DNA from: Octopus vulgaris
Taxonomy: Eukaryota
DNA length: 64,000 bases
NCBI GenBank assembly: GCA_951406725.2
Contig: CATOCA020000001.1
Coordinates: 6,262,001-6,326,000 of the forward strand
Direction: 5' to 3'
In this document: positions 47,150 through 62,700 of the stretch, piece after piece
Layout of the letters: every line of letters starts with the position of its first letter
How positions within the stretch are numbered: position 1 is the first letter of the stretch
Notes under the pieces: generated by a model
Databases searched by the model: none
The model's input: the letters and a program-made list of their open reading frames with translations, nothing else
What the model was told of the DNA's origin: nothing
Made by a program: the position numbers and the translations under genes

Positions 47150-50100
47150 ATTATTATTATTATTATTATTATTGTTGTTGTTGTTTTTGTTGTTTGTTGT
47201 GTTTTTGTTGTTGTTGTTGCTGTTGTTCTTGCTGTTGCTCTTTTTAAAAACACTGAAAATATTGTATAATAGCCATCTCAATATGGCTAACCACTAACGG
47301 TGGGTGTTACTGTAGCTTGTAGCCCCAGGAGATCATCGTTTCCAGCTGGCTTTAGGCACACTATCTGTGCCCTTATGGTATTTGCAAAGGGAGGTCATCC
47401 CTCTCTCATAAGCCTAAGTGATACGCACGGACCGCAGTTTCGAGGTATTTGCCTCTTGTCAACGCACGGTAATCACCGGTTTACGATCGTAAACCGGTGA
47501 ATACCGTGCGTTGACGATGATCTCCTGGGGTTAAAAGCTATAGTAACACCCACCCTTAGTGGTTAGCCATATTGAGATGGCTATTATACTTTACGTTGTC
47601 GAGCCGTTACTGTTTACATCTCGTTCAGAGATTTATTATTGACTGAAAATATTCAAATTGATATATCAAAATTGAATATTAATTTTCCCCTTCTTAATTA
47701 GGAGTATTACTATACATGTCTTTACCGCTGAAGCTATAAAATGTACAACACTGTAATCTCTCAGTTTCTGCGCTGGTACGTCTCTAGTTTTAAAACCAGT
47801 TGCTACATAGAATAAACACGACCTTCTTAGCGCCAAAACCGCCCGTCTAAACGAGTTTTCTCAGACAGAGCGGCGCAAGATCCCTACCACCAAATTCCCG
47901 ACACTAAAATATCCCTAAACTACAATAAAATAGAATCGTTTCAAGTGGCTAGTAATCTTATTTAAAGGTACTTTATTATTCAATATCTAAGCTAAAAGAG
48001 AAAAGAACCTTAGTGCTTCCACTTTCTACTAGAAACCATTTCGCAATATTGATGTTATTAACAACACTTAAAAAGATGAATGCCATAGCGTTTAGAAACC
48101 TGCTCAAATTTTATAATCTTTGTTTCTTGTCAAATCACATAGGAATTTCTCTGTTGATCTGAAACGCATTCAGAGTTCTCTTTATTATTACAGTGACCTG
48201 GAAAACAATAACCTTATGAAGTGTGGATGTCACTTGCCAGCCTTCGTTAAGTATATTAAAGAAGTCTATAACAGAACTGTTGATGTCATTGGCACGTGTC
48301 AGGAAGGCTCAGGGAAACGAATACCTATACTGGATTATGTCAAAGTAAGTAAAATTCTCGTTTCGTTTTTTCTTTTATTATTAATACTAAGAAAATCCGG
48401 GTTATTCTCTGAAGCTTGCAATATCATGTCTTATGAAAGGGAAATTATAGATAAAGATATGAGGAATAAACGTTTTACCATTCGCACGCTTTACATTCAC
48501 ATCTTCGCTCTACCGAACTTATAGATTCAACTGTATCACACAAACCATCAACAGCACACACACACACACACATACACACACACACACACACACGGGCGCG
48601 CGCGCACACAGACATACACAAACATACATACGCAAACATTCACAACAGCGCACACATGAATGTACGCTCACATGTACACACACATATGCACACAGACATA
48701 CTCTCTAACCCTCTCTCTCACGTACACTCTCTCTCATAACTACATAAGTATAGAACAAAAACAAGTCATCGAAGCGGTCACGATTGACAACAAAATGTCG
48801 CTAACAACCATAACTGGTTGAGAGGTTAACCAAACGGTTAATCAAACATTCATTTAGTTAATTCGTTAACAAATTGTTAACAAAGTGACGAATAATGAAG
48901 TGAAATAGAACCAGTACGTGTGTTTTTTATTGGCTTAATGACCCTCCGAGATACAAAAAAAAATGTTCCAGTATTCGATCCCCAGAAGAGGACAACTTGG
49001 TAACAAAGCCAAACACACTATCTTCAGTTTGGGTTTCGTGCCCATTCTCATCTGTTGTCGTGAATATTGGCTAACGACTGAAAGAGTCTGATCTCAAACA
49101 GAAGCGGCCGAAATGGGATTCCTCCGAAAAAACTGGAGTAGTTTACTCGACACAGTGTGTACCTTGGAGATGAGGGAGTCTCTCCAGATCAGGTCGGTAC
49201 TTTTCCGTATTGTGCCACTACATTTCCGGTAATGCGGACATGCGATTAGGATGTCACATGACAAAATCGCAAGATCGATTCTTTAAAATGATGCAAAACA
49301 GCAGGGAATGTAGAGGTAGACCAAAAAGAGATGGCTAGAAAATATCCATAGCCTCATTTGGTCATGCTTGAGAATTCAATCAGTATGCGTATTGGCAGTT
49401 GCCTCTGATAGTACCCTATGCAGGAGGTACCTGAGGCACCAGATGTCCTCATGACCCTCCCAGGAATAATGAGCGTTGAAGATGGTAGATGGATGGATAT
49501 ACAGAGTGTCGGTATTAAATATAACGATTTTATGTCCCATTATATTAAGGAAAACGTAGGGTATTGGTAAGCAAAGGCGTTAGAGAGCATAAAGTTGTAG
49601 CTGAGAAAAAAGCTGATATGGCGGACTGAAAGCCATCTAAATATTCATGAAATTTGGTGGGGGGAGAGCCAGTCGATTGGATCGACCCCAGTACGCAACT
49701 GCTACCCCGAAAGGATAAAAGCAAAGTCGACCTCTGTGGAATTTGAACACAGAACGTGAAAAAACAGACGAAATACTGCTAAGCTTTGCGCCCGGTGTGT
49801 TAACGTTTCTGCCAGCTTGCCGCCTTGAAAGCCATCTAAATATTGGAAGAGAGAAACCTGTATTCATGATAATTCATGACGGTTATCACAATTCAGACAC
49901 CATCACTGTTGTTCAATGCTCTGGGAACACTGTAAAGTCAGCAAGACGTGACATGGACAGTTGCAGTAGAATCTATAGGATAAAACTCGAATACGAGAGA
50001 AAAGTTGCTTCAGAAGATCAAATACCAAGACAAGAAAGGGCAAAATGCAGGCAAAACATTCAGTAATGTAAATTGTCTGAAAAGGATGGCACACTTCATG

Positions 50101-53100
50101 AAGGTCAAATAATGTAGACGGTACAAGCAAAGGGTTGGTACACATGGGTTAAGTGAGAGACAGAAAATGGCTGACGAAAGAAGGAGAGAAGAGCAAAAGT
50201 GGTTTTATTCGAAGAAGAGTGAATACGAATGGAAAGGGAGAGAAGAAGGGTGCGGTATGTGTGCGTATAGGGGAGGTAAACTGTTAGTAGGAGCCAAGCA
50301 GTAGTGGGAGGAAAAGGAGGAGGAGGAGGGGGAGAGAGAGAAGTGAGTGGTTTAGAGATACAAAGCAAAACGTTGGGTGCAAAAGTGAATGTGTGAGGGC
50401 AGCACTTGTGAGTATGGGTATGTGTGTGTGAGTGTGTGTATGTGTTTGAAGAGTGAGTGTGCGGGAATATGTATGAGTCTATGTACGAGTGTGTATGCAT
50501 TTGTATGTGTGTGTCAAATGTAGAATATCCAATGGGACAAAGTTGTGTGTATGTGTGTGTGTGTGTGTGTGTGTGTTTGTCTTTGTGTGTAATAAAGTGT
50601 GCAGAGAGTAACTGTGCTACCGAAGTGAGATGTGTAGGTAGAAACTGTGGTCTAGCGTGTGAAGTGTGTATAAAGTGTAAATGTGGGCGGAGGGACAAAT
50701 AATGTGAGGATGTGGGTTGGTAAGAGTGATGCTGCGGAGGAGAGAGAGGAAGAAAACGAAGTAGAGAGGTAAAGTATATATTTAGCGCTTAGCCAGGAAG
50801 ACAGTCAATGCTCATGATCATTCAGAAGGCTGCTGTGATTGGTTGGGGGAAAGTAGGAAGATATCCTGAAACCAAAGACCAGCCTTGATTGTTTACAACA
50901 GAGAAGAATCCGGCATAAACAGCGAAGGTTCCAAATGACAGACTTAAATTGGGGTCCGATTAAGCACATCACTCGAGAAAATATATGTGTCAGTATGTAT
51001 ATGTATGTACATACGCACACATACATACATACATACATACATACATACATACATACATACATACATACATACGTACGTACATACATACATACATACATAC
51101 ATGCATACGTACATACATACATACATACATACATACATACGTACGTACATACATATATACATACATACATACATACATACATTCGTACATACATACATAC
51201 ATACATACATACGTACATACATACATACGTACATACATACATACTCATGGATGCTAGAAGCCCTTCAGCTTTCTAAATTTTCAGTGAGCCATAATCAAAG
51301 CCATAGCTGACCTGATTCCATTGTGGGCAACCATCATGAAATTAAACACAGAGTGATTATTATCACTGACAGAATACAATATCGCAAAGGTATATTCCAA
51401 GGGGACAACCTCGTGGTGATGTTGTTTATACTTTCTGTAAACCTCATGTCATTCATGTTAAGGATATCTCATTGGTTCAAAAGGAAACAGAAATTACAAA
51501 ATTGAACGCTGTTTCTTTGTGGATGACTTTAAAACTTTATGCAAAAAATACGGATGAGATGAAAAAGAGCTTTGACCCAAGTTACAACATTCTCAAAAAA
51601 TGTTGGGTTGGCGTTTGTTCAGGTTAAATGTTATATGATTGTGAACAGGAGGATAAATGTAAACCAGACTCGCAACATCACCATCAATGACCTGACTGTT
51701 TCCCCTATATCTGATGAGGAATGTTATAGATATCTAGGGGTGGATGAAAATATATCTCATAACAGCACCTGTAACAAAACAAGTACTATTTTACAGGTAC
51801 CATTAACTTACAGGTGTCATTAAAGTATAAACAAAGAACATTACAGCTGAATAAATAAAATTTTGAGCTCAGAAATCTATGCATTCAATAAAACATTGGC
51901 CCACAACGTGTGTTCTGTGCAAGTCCTCATATTAACATTTGGGCTGTTTTATTGGACACTTGATGAGATCCGAGCTATTTATGTGAAATCCCGGAAAATA
52001 CTGACAAGTACACATAATTTCCACATAAACGGTGAAGTAGACCCCCTCTCCTTAAAACGAAAACAAGGTGGCAGGGGCTTAACATCGATGCAAAATGTCT
52101 TTGAATGTCGTATCATATCCTTTCGGTAACATCTTATAACCACAAATGTCAAAGTGCATCCTTTGACCAAGTTTGCATAATTCATATGACTTGGAAGGCA
52201 GCTCCTTGAGCAACATTCCTTATCTGATAACAGAATACATGCTCAAAGATGTCGCACGACTCTACCGCAACGTATCATTAGATGAACGGATGAGTATCTA
52301 TGAACAGAAGACTATGCATGGATATGTTGGTAGAAAGTTCCGAGATGATTGCAATATTGATGTTGTTGAAATTCCAATGAAGGAGCCGTAGGTGTAGGAT
52401 AGAAACTCTCTCCTCTATTGCCAACAAATCTTGAAATAACAGTGAATAATGACATACATACATACATAATACATACATGTATTATTATGGCTGCCCCCTT
52501 GTTACCGAGTATGGCCATTGGACGAAGCTTAACTGTTACTGGTGCTGTGATCGAATGTGACTTTTTAGCCCAGCTAAATATCTACAATGTATTTTACAGG
52601 ATTGGCAACTAAATACATACATACATACATACATACATACATACATACATACATACATACATACATACATACATACATACATACATAATACTTACATACA
52701 TACATACATACATTCATACATGCATACATACATACATACATAATTGTGTGTATATTGGAAAAAGCACAATATTAGTGATCATAATTTTTATTGTTTATCC
52801 AAATATTGTTTTGCTCACTTCACATATTATGGCCTTCTTCACATACTATATGACATTGTAACATAACTTAAATGAGATTCTCAGGTTTCATTAGGGAGTT
52901 TCCACTGCATCAATGGTTGCAACTTACAAATTTAATCCCTTTATTTGACTTGTTCAACGATTTTCACGTGTTTGTTACATCAGAATACTAAAAGGACAAC
53001 AAGTGGCTTTCATGCTTCTCTCAGTTGAATTTGTGACATTATTGAAACGTTTCCGAATGAACATGAAAATAGGTTTATAGTCTTTGTTAATAATTTGCTT

Positions 53101-55988
53101 TATATGTCTAACATGTATTGATTTCAATACTAACACGCATACATTTGTTTTTACATCTGAAAGAAAATATTTCTTGTTATTGCTATGCATTGCATTATTT
53201 GGTTCATAAATACAGATATTTACTTGTATTCTGTAGATTACTCGTTATTTCAACGGAATTTACAGTGTCAAACATGTTCAGGAATTAAATGCAATAAATC
53301 GGAAGTGACAAGCTGTCCAGGAACAGAGGTAAACTGGAATATTACTTTCTTCCTTTTCGTTAAAATATATCCACAACCGTCACTCGAAAGCTATTAAGTC
53401 CACATAGATTGTACTATGCTTTCGCTAGTTTTTTTATGCGCCTGCGTAGACATACACACACCCTGTCGATCTTCTTATTCATGACTCAATGGGACGAGAA
53501 GGATGTGACGATTGAAGAGAGAAATAGATGAACATCACTAGGTTGGGACACATTTCACTTGATTAAACTGGGACAAAGTGAAATAAAGTGCCTTGTTCAA
53601 GGACGCAACGTTCTACCCTGTCCAGGAATCCCTATTCAAGAAACGAACACACGAACTTAAAGTGAGCTTTCTCCGACAAAACATGGCTGTCCTTAGAGTA
53701 GGATGTTTGAATGTATGTGGCCAGAAGTCAACTTGGGATCAAGATTCCTTGTCGAATGACCTCGGGCCACTAACCTTAGAGGGGATAACTGCATGTTGGA
53801 TGTGGCCCTACCATCTTGCAGAGATTAAAGGGAGCGGATTAAGGAAAAAGTTAAGAAGTAAATGACCGTCTCCTTCGTCTGTTGGCCATAGCAAAAGTGG
53901 TTGTTTGATAGACAAGATTATAAAATGTTCGAAACAGATTAAATCTGCCCTCACATCAAGAAGTACAATAAGCTTCACAGAACATAACGGATGGGGGTCA
54001 TATTATTTCAACAGGAATAGGTGAAAGCTATACGATTAAACGCAGCTAAAACACAAATTAAAATTGCCAGGCATATCTCTGAATACACAGTTGTACATTG
54101 GTGAAAGAAACACAAGAGAAACAATAAAAGACACCGGTAATGACACAGATCAATGCTTCACATTAACTGATCTACGAGAATATAGGAGAATAGAGCGTGA
54201 CATAAGAGCATGGCTGCAATCTGTTGCCTGTTTCATTGTCTGTTCTGATCTCAGACCTTTCGGTTTTCTTGAAGCTGAGTTAGCTTATGTAATGATTCAT
54301 TCATTTGCAATCACAGACTCCATTGGCTCTTTTGAAGACGCCAGCCTTCGGACACTATCATTGGTTATTTTTTCATGACATCCTCACTCAGTTTGGGAGA
54401 TCCAATTTTCTTTCTAAAACTTTTCCAACATTGGAAGAAACAAGTTTCAATTTCAAACTAAGGCAATGCAAATCTTATTTCTAACTTCAATATCTACATT
54501 TTCATTGCTTTTATTATTGTTAGGTGTTTGCGATTATTAATTGCGTTTTCGTGATGGATTCTTTTCTTTAAATGTTCTTCTCCATTTCTGATATTTTTCG
54601 CTTTCAGAATGTCCATTATTAAGTTAACAAGACCTTGGTTGTTTTCTCTCCAAATTTTATACTAATATACCGTATTTTCATATAAAATATACTTGCAAAA
54701 TAAAACGAAGTTTCTCTTGTGTTCGTTTTATGTATTTTCTGTTTTATTTGCTTGGACTGAGGAGTTCAATCTGACAATTATATTTCAGTATCATCTTTGG
54801 GTAAAGGCATATTAGTTTCTCTTGTTGGTGAGTTTTGTACGCATGATTTTCCGTAAATTTTATATGAAAAATTCCTCTTGAACATTCCTCCAGTAAGAAG
54901 AAATTTTAGAGAATTGATACATCTTTATTGGGATAATTTGACCTATTTTAAGTTGGGCGATGGGTGACAGTGCGATGCGGTTTTGATACAGACCGTGAGC
55001 CGATGGCCATATCTACTTGTGATCCGAGAGGTTTGGACACTGTAAGCATTTAAAACATGATTTTTGAATACTAAATAGCAATAAACTTTACGGAATTTTA
55101 CTTATGCTGTTAACTTTCAACAAATCGTCAACTCTTTTACGGTTTCATTTATTGCTTTTGGGTATTTTAAAGCAATGATTAAACTTACTTGCATGGTAAA
55201 CATCCCCAGTGGTGTTGTTTCTGTTGTTGTTGCTGTAATTAGCAGTAATCGTCCTAATAAATATTGTTGTTGTAGTGTATAATTTTCATATCTATTATTA
55301 CAGCCTGTATGCCGATTCGCAATATCAATGAACGGTGTTAAACTGAAGACTGAAAGGTCCTGCAGCACATACAGAAAATGTGTTGAAGCTATGAGAAACA
55401 ATACCCTTACATGCAATAAACGGACGAATGGCACGTCTTGTACTGGTTGTTGCGTCGGACACTTATGTAACAAGAATGATTTCATTGGTAAGTGTTATTT
55501 ATTGTCTAATATAACACTAACAAGTTTATTACAAATTGATAGTTAATAAGAACATTTTATAGTAATTAATATACGGGAAAATATTTTGATGTGTGTTTAC
55601 GTGTGTGTATATATATACTGTTTGCAATGCTCTCTCTCCCTCTCTCCCTCTCCCCCCTCTCTCTCTCTCTCTAACACACACACACAGATGGAATCAAACA
55701 CCACGACATGAAGGAAAAGAGTAAAAGAGAGCACTTTTGGCGAGTGAGCAAAATATTGGTTAGAAAGCTGAATGCCTGGAACATAATTTCGGCGATAAAC
55801 TCGCACGCAGTCGCAGTAGTTCGGAATGATGCTGGAAAACTGAAGTGGACAGAGGAGAAGCTAAAGGAGTTGGACAGGAAGTCAAGAAAGGTCCTATCGA
55901 TGTATGGAACCAATCATCCATGTGCAGGCATTGATAGCCGATACACGAAGAGAGCGACAGGAAGAAAGGGAATGATAAGTGTGTGTAT

Positions 55989-56034
<46 letters not shown>

Positions 56035-56303
56035 TTATTATTTGAGTGAATAAAATCCAAACTTACAAGGGAAAAATTAAATTTAGAAATACTAAATCAA
56101 ATTTCACACAATATAAGATATATATAAAAAAGTTAAAATAAAAAAAAAACAGCTTTTATCAATTCAAAATGAACAATTAAATTACACCATCTAGAAAATT
56201 ACATATAATAGAAATATAAAAAATAAATAACAATTAACTGTCAATGCTTAAGTAAATTGCAAATAATAATAATAATAAAAACGTATATAATAGGTAGAAT
56301 AAG

Positions 56304-56371
<68 letters not shown>

Positions 56372-56949
56372 TTTTAAGTGTATATGTGATTATGAATGTA
56401 TATTTTTATCTACGTATGTGGGTTTTATGTGCATCTATGACGTGTGTCTCATTTATAAACGCAGCGATTATTTTCTATATCAATCCATAGGATGGACCAA
56501 ATCCCTCGTAATTCGTTTGATTTTTAAAAAGTTCAACGAATATAAAATCCCCTGCTGAGAACATATCAAGAGCCGTGAGTAGATATCTGCCCTCTCTCTC
56601 TCTTTCTCCGTACACAGACGCGCGTGCGCGCACACATATGCACTGAACATGCGCACACATGCATACACATACACACTCTCACGCACACACACACACACAC
56701 ACACACATGCATATTTTATAGAAGAAATGTGAAACATCAAATAAATAGTGAGGTTTCATGAAATTCAGACAATCAACTCCATTTACTGATAGTAAACTAT
56801 TACATAAAACTTTCTTTTTTAACTTACTGAATTTTTGCTGGTCAATAAAAAGACTGTTCTATCCACTATTTTGTCTTTATATATTCCGTCTTATAATTTC
56901 CGATTCTGACAGTAAATAAAATCCTACTCAAATATTCACTAATCTTGTG

Positions 56950-57013
<64 letters not shown>

Positions 57014-57534
57014 AGAACATATGTAATCACACACTTCCTTTTGGTAATATTTTTCTTCTCAACATTTTCATTTTCCTTTCTGAAAAAGAGATATGCTCGG
57101 AACATTAAAAACCCTCTCATTTCCCCCACTTTACCGAGTGTCAAGCTAATATATTTATACATAATTATATTATCAAACGCAGGATAATGCTAATAGTATA
57201 GCATGAACAGGATAACGTATTCACCTGTTGCCGAAAACTCTGTCGGCGGCCAGATTACGCGTCTTATAAAGCTAGATGTATATAGCCTAACTTTGCAGAA
57301 GTATTTGTCGTTCGCGCAGTTTAGCTTAATGGTAAAGCACTTGAAGCGTAATCACAGGGGTGTGAGGTGTAGTCACATAGCTGGCTGACGACAGATTTAT
57401 CTGCAAATTATGGATATTTCATGCGGTTCACGTTATATCATTAGCATTATCCTGCGTTTCAGAATAAGATTATTTCTTTATTTTTCAATACATCTCAACG
57501 CTTTTAAATCAAACTCAGTTTCTTTCATTTAATG

Positions 57535-57586
<52 letters not shown>

Positions 57587-57867
57587 CGGCTTTTTCAGAT
57601 TGAGCATGACCTTTCAACCGTGACGGGAACATTTAGAGTTGAAGACTGTGGGTAAGCAAATGCTTCTAACACATTTATTCAAATTTATTTGCTTTTGTTC
57701 CAAACATTCGATTTTATCGCATGTATTATACGTCACAATAGTCAACAGTGTTGTACTTGTGACCCACAATATACTAATTCATACATTCAATGAAATGTTT
57801 AAGTGTTTTATCCATGTTTTATTATACAAAGGACAAACAAACCCATATAAAGATACAGAGAGAACTG

Positions 57868-57906
<39 letters not shown>

Positions 57907-57908
57907 GC

Positions 57909-57992
<84 letters not shown>

Positions 57993-58736
57993 ACATATAT
58001 ATATATACATACGCATTGAGTCGAAACAGGAGCAGCTGAAGAAGGGGAATGTTCCTTGTATTGTTTGTCTTGTACTCTGTTTTTTCGTTGTTGAAAAGAG
58101 TCCGTTTCCTTGTTTGATTTTATGTTTTCGTTTCTCGTTGTGTTCTACGCTTTTTTGTGGTGTCCTGTACTCATATATGTATGTATATATACATATAGAT
58201 GTAGGTATGTACATATATGTATGTATGTATGCATATGTTTTATTTATTAAATTGCTGTATATATATGTATATATATATACATACATATACATCACACATA
58301 TATATATACACACATATATATACACACATATATATGGGTGTGTATATATATAAATTGTGGTGGCTATCGGCAATTTGAAACCAACAAGGAAATAATTCAC
58401 AGTCACTAAGTGTGAAAAGAGTGCAGTGAGCACCAGCATTATTAGAAATATTAGTCATAGACTCCTTAGCCACAAAAAGACATATGGTCTGTTTGCATTG
58501 ACAGTGGGGAGAACATTCCCCACGGTAAGCCAGATGGATTAGATTAGCATGGTAATCTCTTATAGGAAGTTAATACTCATCAGCAATGCTCACTCCATTA
58601 CGGCTGGTGGAGGCTAACTCACGCCTCTCAGTATCTTTGAGAATGCCATAGGAATTTGGGACTGATTTCACAAAATGGCAATGTGAAGATTATAAAATAT
58701 TGAAGGTAGCTAACACACATTTTAAAACAAACCAGG

Positions 58737-58781
<45 letters not shown>

Positions 58782-59699
58782 ATCTTTCTCACTTTTTTCT
58801 CTCTTTTACTTGTTTCAGTCATTTGACTGCGGCCATGCTGGAGCACCACCTTTAATCGAGCAAATCGACTCCGGGACTTATTCTTTGTAAGCCCAGTACT
58901 TATTCTATCGGTCTCTTTTGCCGAACCGCTAAGTGACGGGGAGTAAACACACCAGCAATGCTTGGGAGACAAACACAGACACACAAACACACACATACAC
59001 ACACACACATATATATACATATATACGACAGGCTTCTTTCAGTTTCCGTCTAACAAATCCGCTCACAAGGCATTGGTCGGCCCGGAGCTATAGCAGAAGA
59101 CACTAGCCCAAGATGCCACGCAGTGGGACTGAACCCGGAACCATGTGGTTGGTTAGCAAGCTACTTACCACACAGCCACTCCTGTATATGTATAAATACA
59201 TATATAAAGTGTATTCAAAGATTTATGCAGGGAGTGAAGGCCTTCATGTGGATTTCTTAGTGGACGAATATATTCTTAAGACCAACTTTTAGTCACCCGC
59301 GAGTAGTTCGAGCCTCCTTCACTAATTCCGTTCTCAACCATACTGAATGCGGTTATTTTAGCTATGATGATTCAATCCTAAGCTATGTTTGAATATACTG
59401 ATAGAAAGCGATGTGAAAGACAGTGATGATGGTGGTGGAGGTGAACGTGATGAAAAGTATTGATGGTGATGGCGTCAGAAGTCTGGATGGCGTGTGTATT
59501 GCAGATATGGTGGCGATGGTGGTGGTACTGTTGTTTATCATGAAGCTTTGCAATAAGTTCCGAGTCGACAATGTATATCATTGCTTTGATGAAAATTGTT
59601 CATTGCTTGAGAAATATTCATGTTTCCTGAAACTTAATATGTACTCAATGCATGGTGTCATTGTTGGACCCAAGGATTAACAGGGCAGCTTTTAAACGA

Positions 59700-59747
<48 letters not shown>

Positions 59748-62700
59748 ATGTATGTATATTTCTAGCTAGCTAGCTAGCTACATACATACATACATACCGA
59801 CATACATGTATGTATTTATTTTTTATTTCAGCTCAAACAGAAATAAAATATTTGCTATTTACTGTACAGTATTTAGCGAAATGACTGAAAGTCAACTGTG
59901 GCACAATATCTCCGAAACTTTGAACAAATCCCAGGCATTTCTTAACTTAGGAGTTAAGAAAAGCCACATGAAATTTCTTGATGAAAGTAAGTATCGTGTT
60001 TCTTATTAATTTTATCATCATTACCGTCATAATTAGCTTCATCAATCACCAACCTCTTCGTCGTTGTCGTCATCATCAACCACAGTAGATGATACAAAGT
60101 ACACAGACTCTCTCCCCCTCTCTCTCTCTCACACACAGCTATTTATTTACATTTTCTCAACGCTTGGATAATTTAAAAAAAAAGCATTTTATTTTGCGCT
60201 TTTCCGTTTCTTGTCCCTACGGAACTGTTTGTCTTTGCTCAGTTTCTTTTTAATTATACCAATTAACCGAGGGCAAAAATGTTTTCTTCTAATTTTGTAT
60301 AGAAGTAGAAGATGCAGACTCTAATGGGCAGAAAAATTCAAACAATTCCAGTACTTGCTTTAATTCAAACAGGAAAACTATTTAGTGCTGCAAATAATTT
60401 TCCTCAGCGAAAATTCATTTCGTACGAATTGATCAAGTTAATTTTTACATTAGGATCGATAGATACACACACACAGCTCATACGATTTAAACAGTGTCTA
60501 AGGGATATAAGAGAGGAACAAATCATATCCCATTGCCGGAAAAGGATATATTTTCACTTCGTTTCCATTCATTTCATTTTACCATCGCCAAATCAATATA
60601 ACATCTACCCATTTCTAGCGTACATTAGGTTTTGCGCTTCCGGTCAGTATGTCTAAAGAGTGATCAATATATTGACGAAATTCAACACTAGAGGCCGCGA
60701 AACAGACTAGCATTCTGAGTAGTCATATCCCGTAACCAGTTATATATTGCTCGAGAAAATATAATATATATATATATACATATGCACACACCTCTATTTC
60801 TATTTTATTTATTGTTTTTTAAGAATATATAAGAAAATATATATATAAGAATATATATATATAATCTACAGGATCTCAAGTAGTTATGCAGTTTCAATCG
60901 GCTAAATTTAATTGAACAATACAAAAATTACATCAATTTAAATGCAATGCCATCTTCAGCTGCATAACTAATGAATTAGAATTTTAATAAGTAGGACAGT
61001 TTAATGTAATTTTTCTCAAATATTTGAACAGAGCAAGAATATGGAGAAAATCATATTGTCGCCATTTTAGTTAAGAATAGACTACACTTCCAAGAATTGC
61101 ATGGAGCCTGGTTGGGGTGGGGGTCCTTGTGTTGTAAGGGATTGTAATTCATTTCTAAATCATTTATCTCTTTACAAACTACTAAATGAAAAACTAGAAA
61201 TCTGTCTATTTTGAATAAATATATATGCTCTCCGTATATGTTTGCAACACTTCGTGTATCATTGTCCTCAAATCAGCCAGCAGGTGGTCCAAACAATATA
61301 TTTCCAACATTAACTGCTACTACTACTACTACTACTACTACTACTGGCTTCTCTTATATCCATGTTTTGGTTCTTTTTCAGTGGTTTGTGATGAAAGCAC
61401 AACATCAACTAACAATCGAGCTTTCTCTTGGCCAATGACAAAAATAGGAACTACTGCGGAGATCCCATGTAATGGAAATGTAGCCACCAGGCATTGGTTC
61501 GTTTGTATTGATTTATTTCTACTCAAAATTTGAAGCTTTCAGCGCCATCCTATTGTGAGAGAATGTTACTTGGTAGAGCAGATAACAGCTTTATAGATTA
61601 ACAAGATAGAATTAAACGTCCATCGGTTGCAATCTCTTGTCCCAGCATTTTTACACTTTATACATTATTTGATATAATTTAGCCTTGTCCTAACTATCTA
61701 GGTTTGCTTTGTCGCCAATATTATACAAAGCTTTCATTTCATTCGTTTTTATGTTCTCAGTTCAAATTCCCCTAAGGTCGACTTTGCCTTTAATTTTTTC
61801 GGGTCGATGAAATAAATACCAATTGAGCACTGGGGTTGGTGTAAACGACTTATCCCTTCCCCTGAAATTGCTGGCCTTGTGCCAAAATTTGAAACCAATA
61901 TTAGACAAGGCTTTATGGTGGAGAGCTAGCGGAATCGTTACCATGCCGGACAAAATGCTTAGCAGCATTTCTTCTGACTTTACATTCTGAGATCAAATGC
62001 CACCAGGGTCGACTTTGTCTTTTACCCTTACGGGATCGATAAAATAAGTACCACTGGGGTCTATGTAATCGAACTACCCCCGCCCAAAATAGCTGCCAAA
62101 ATTTGAAATCAGCATTATTCAAAGATTTAAAGATTCTTGTAAGTTCCAGAATTTCACAAAATAATTGTAGCAAAGAAAGTACATACCTAGATACAGCCAA
62201 TATAATCTATCAGTGATTCTGTTGGATTCAGGCTAATACTATTTATTCAATTTTATGATTACTGTAGAGCTATATATCTTGCTAGTACATGATGGTCATC
62301 CTGGGATTTCACTCATCACAGACTATGTAACACGGTCTCTCTTCTCTCATTTCTACCACGTCATTCCACAGGTTAAGCAACTAACTTGATCCTCCCAGAG
62401 GCTGAGCTTTATTAGTTTTAAGACAAGACCAACTGGTGGAATCACTCAAATCTGTGCATATGTAGGAAAATATACATAAATCCATTGCTGCCGCTGTTGC
62501 TACTGATGTCTATGGTGGCGAAATATTAGCAACTAATTCCCCCATTCAACTTGAACTAACAACTTGGCTCCTTAATGCTGCATCACTTACACCGTTCCAA
62601 CTAATCTTGTATTGAATAATCATAAAAACAAGAAATTATTGTAAATAAAAACAGATACAGGAATATTGTTTTTATATCTGAACTCTAGTTAGAAAATATT

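Noticed and set aside
57385-57410. CTGACGA-CAGAT/ATCTG hairpin resembling a hammerhead
   Set aside because: Followed by CAAA rather than GAAA, no stem III or stem I, and it is part of a MITE-like inverted arm
59100-59185. tRNA gene
   Set aside because: The A/B-box-like head continues into a SINE body that is repeated many times in the window
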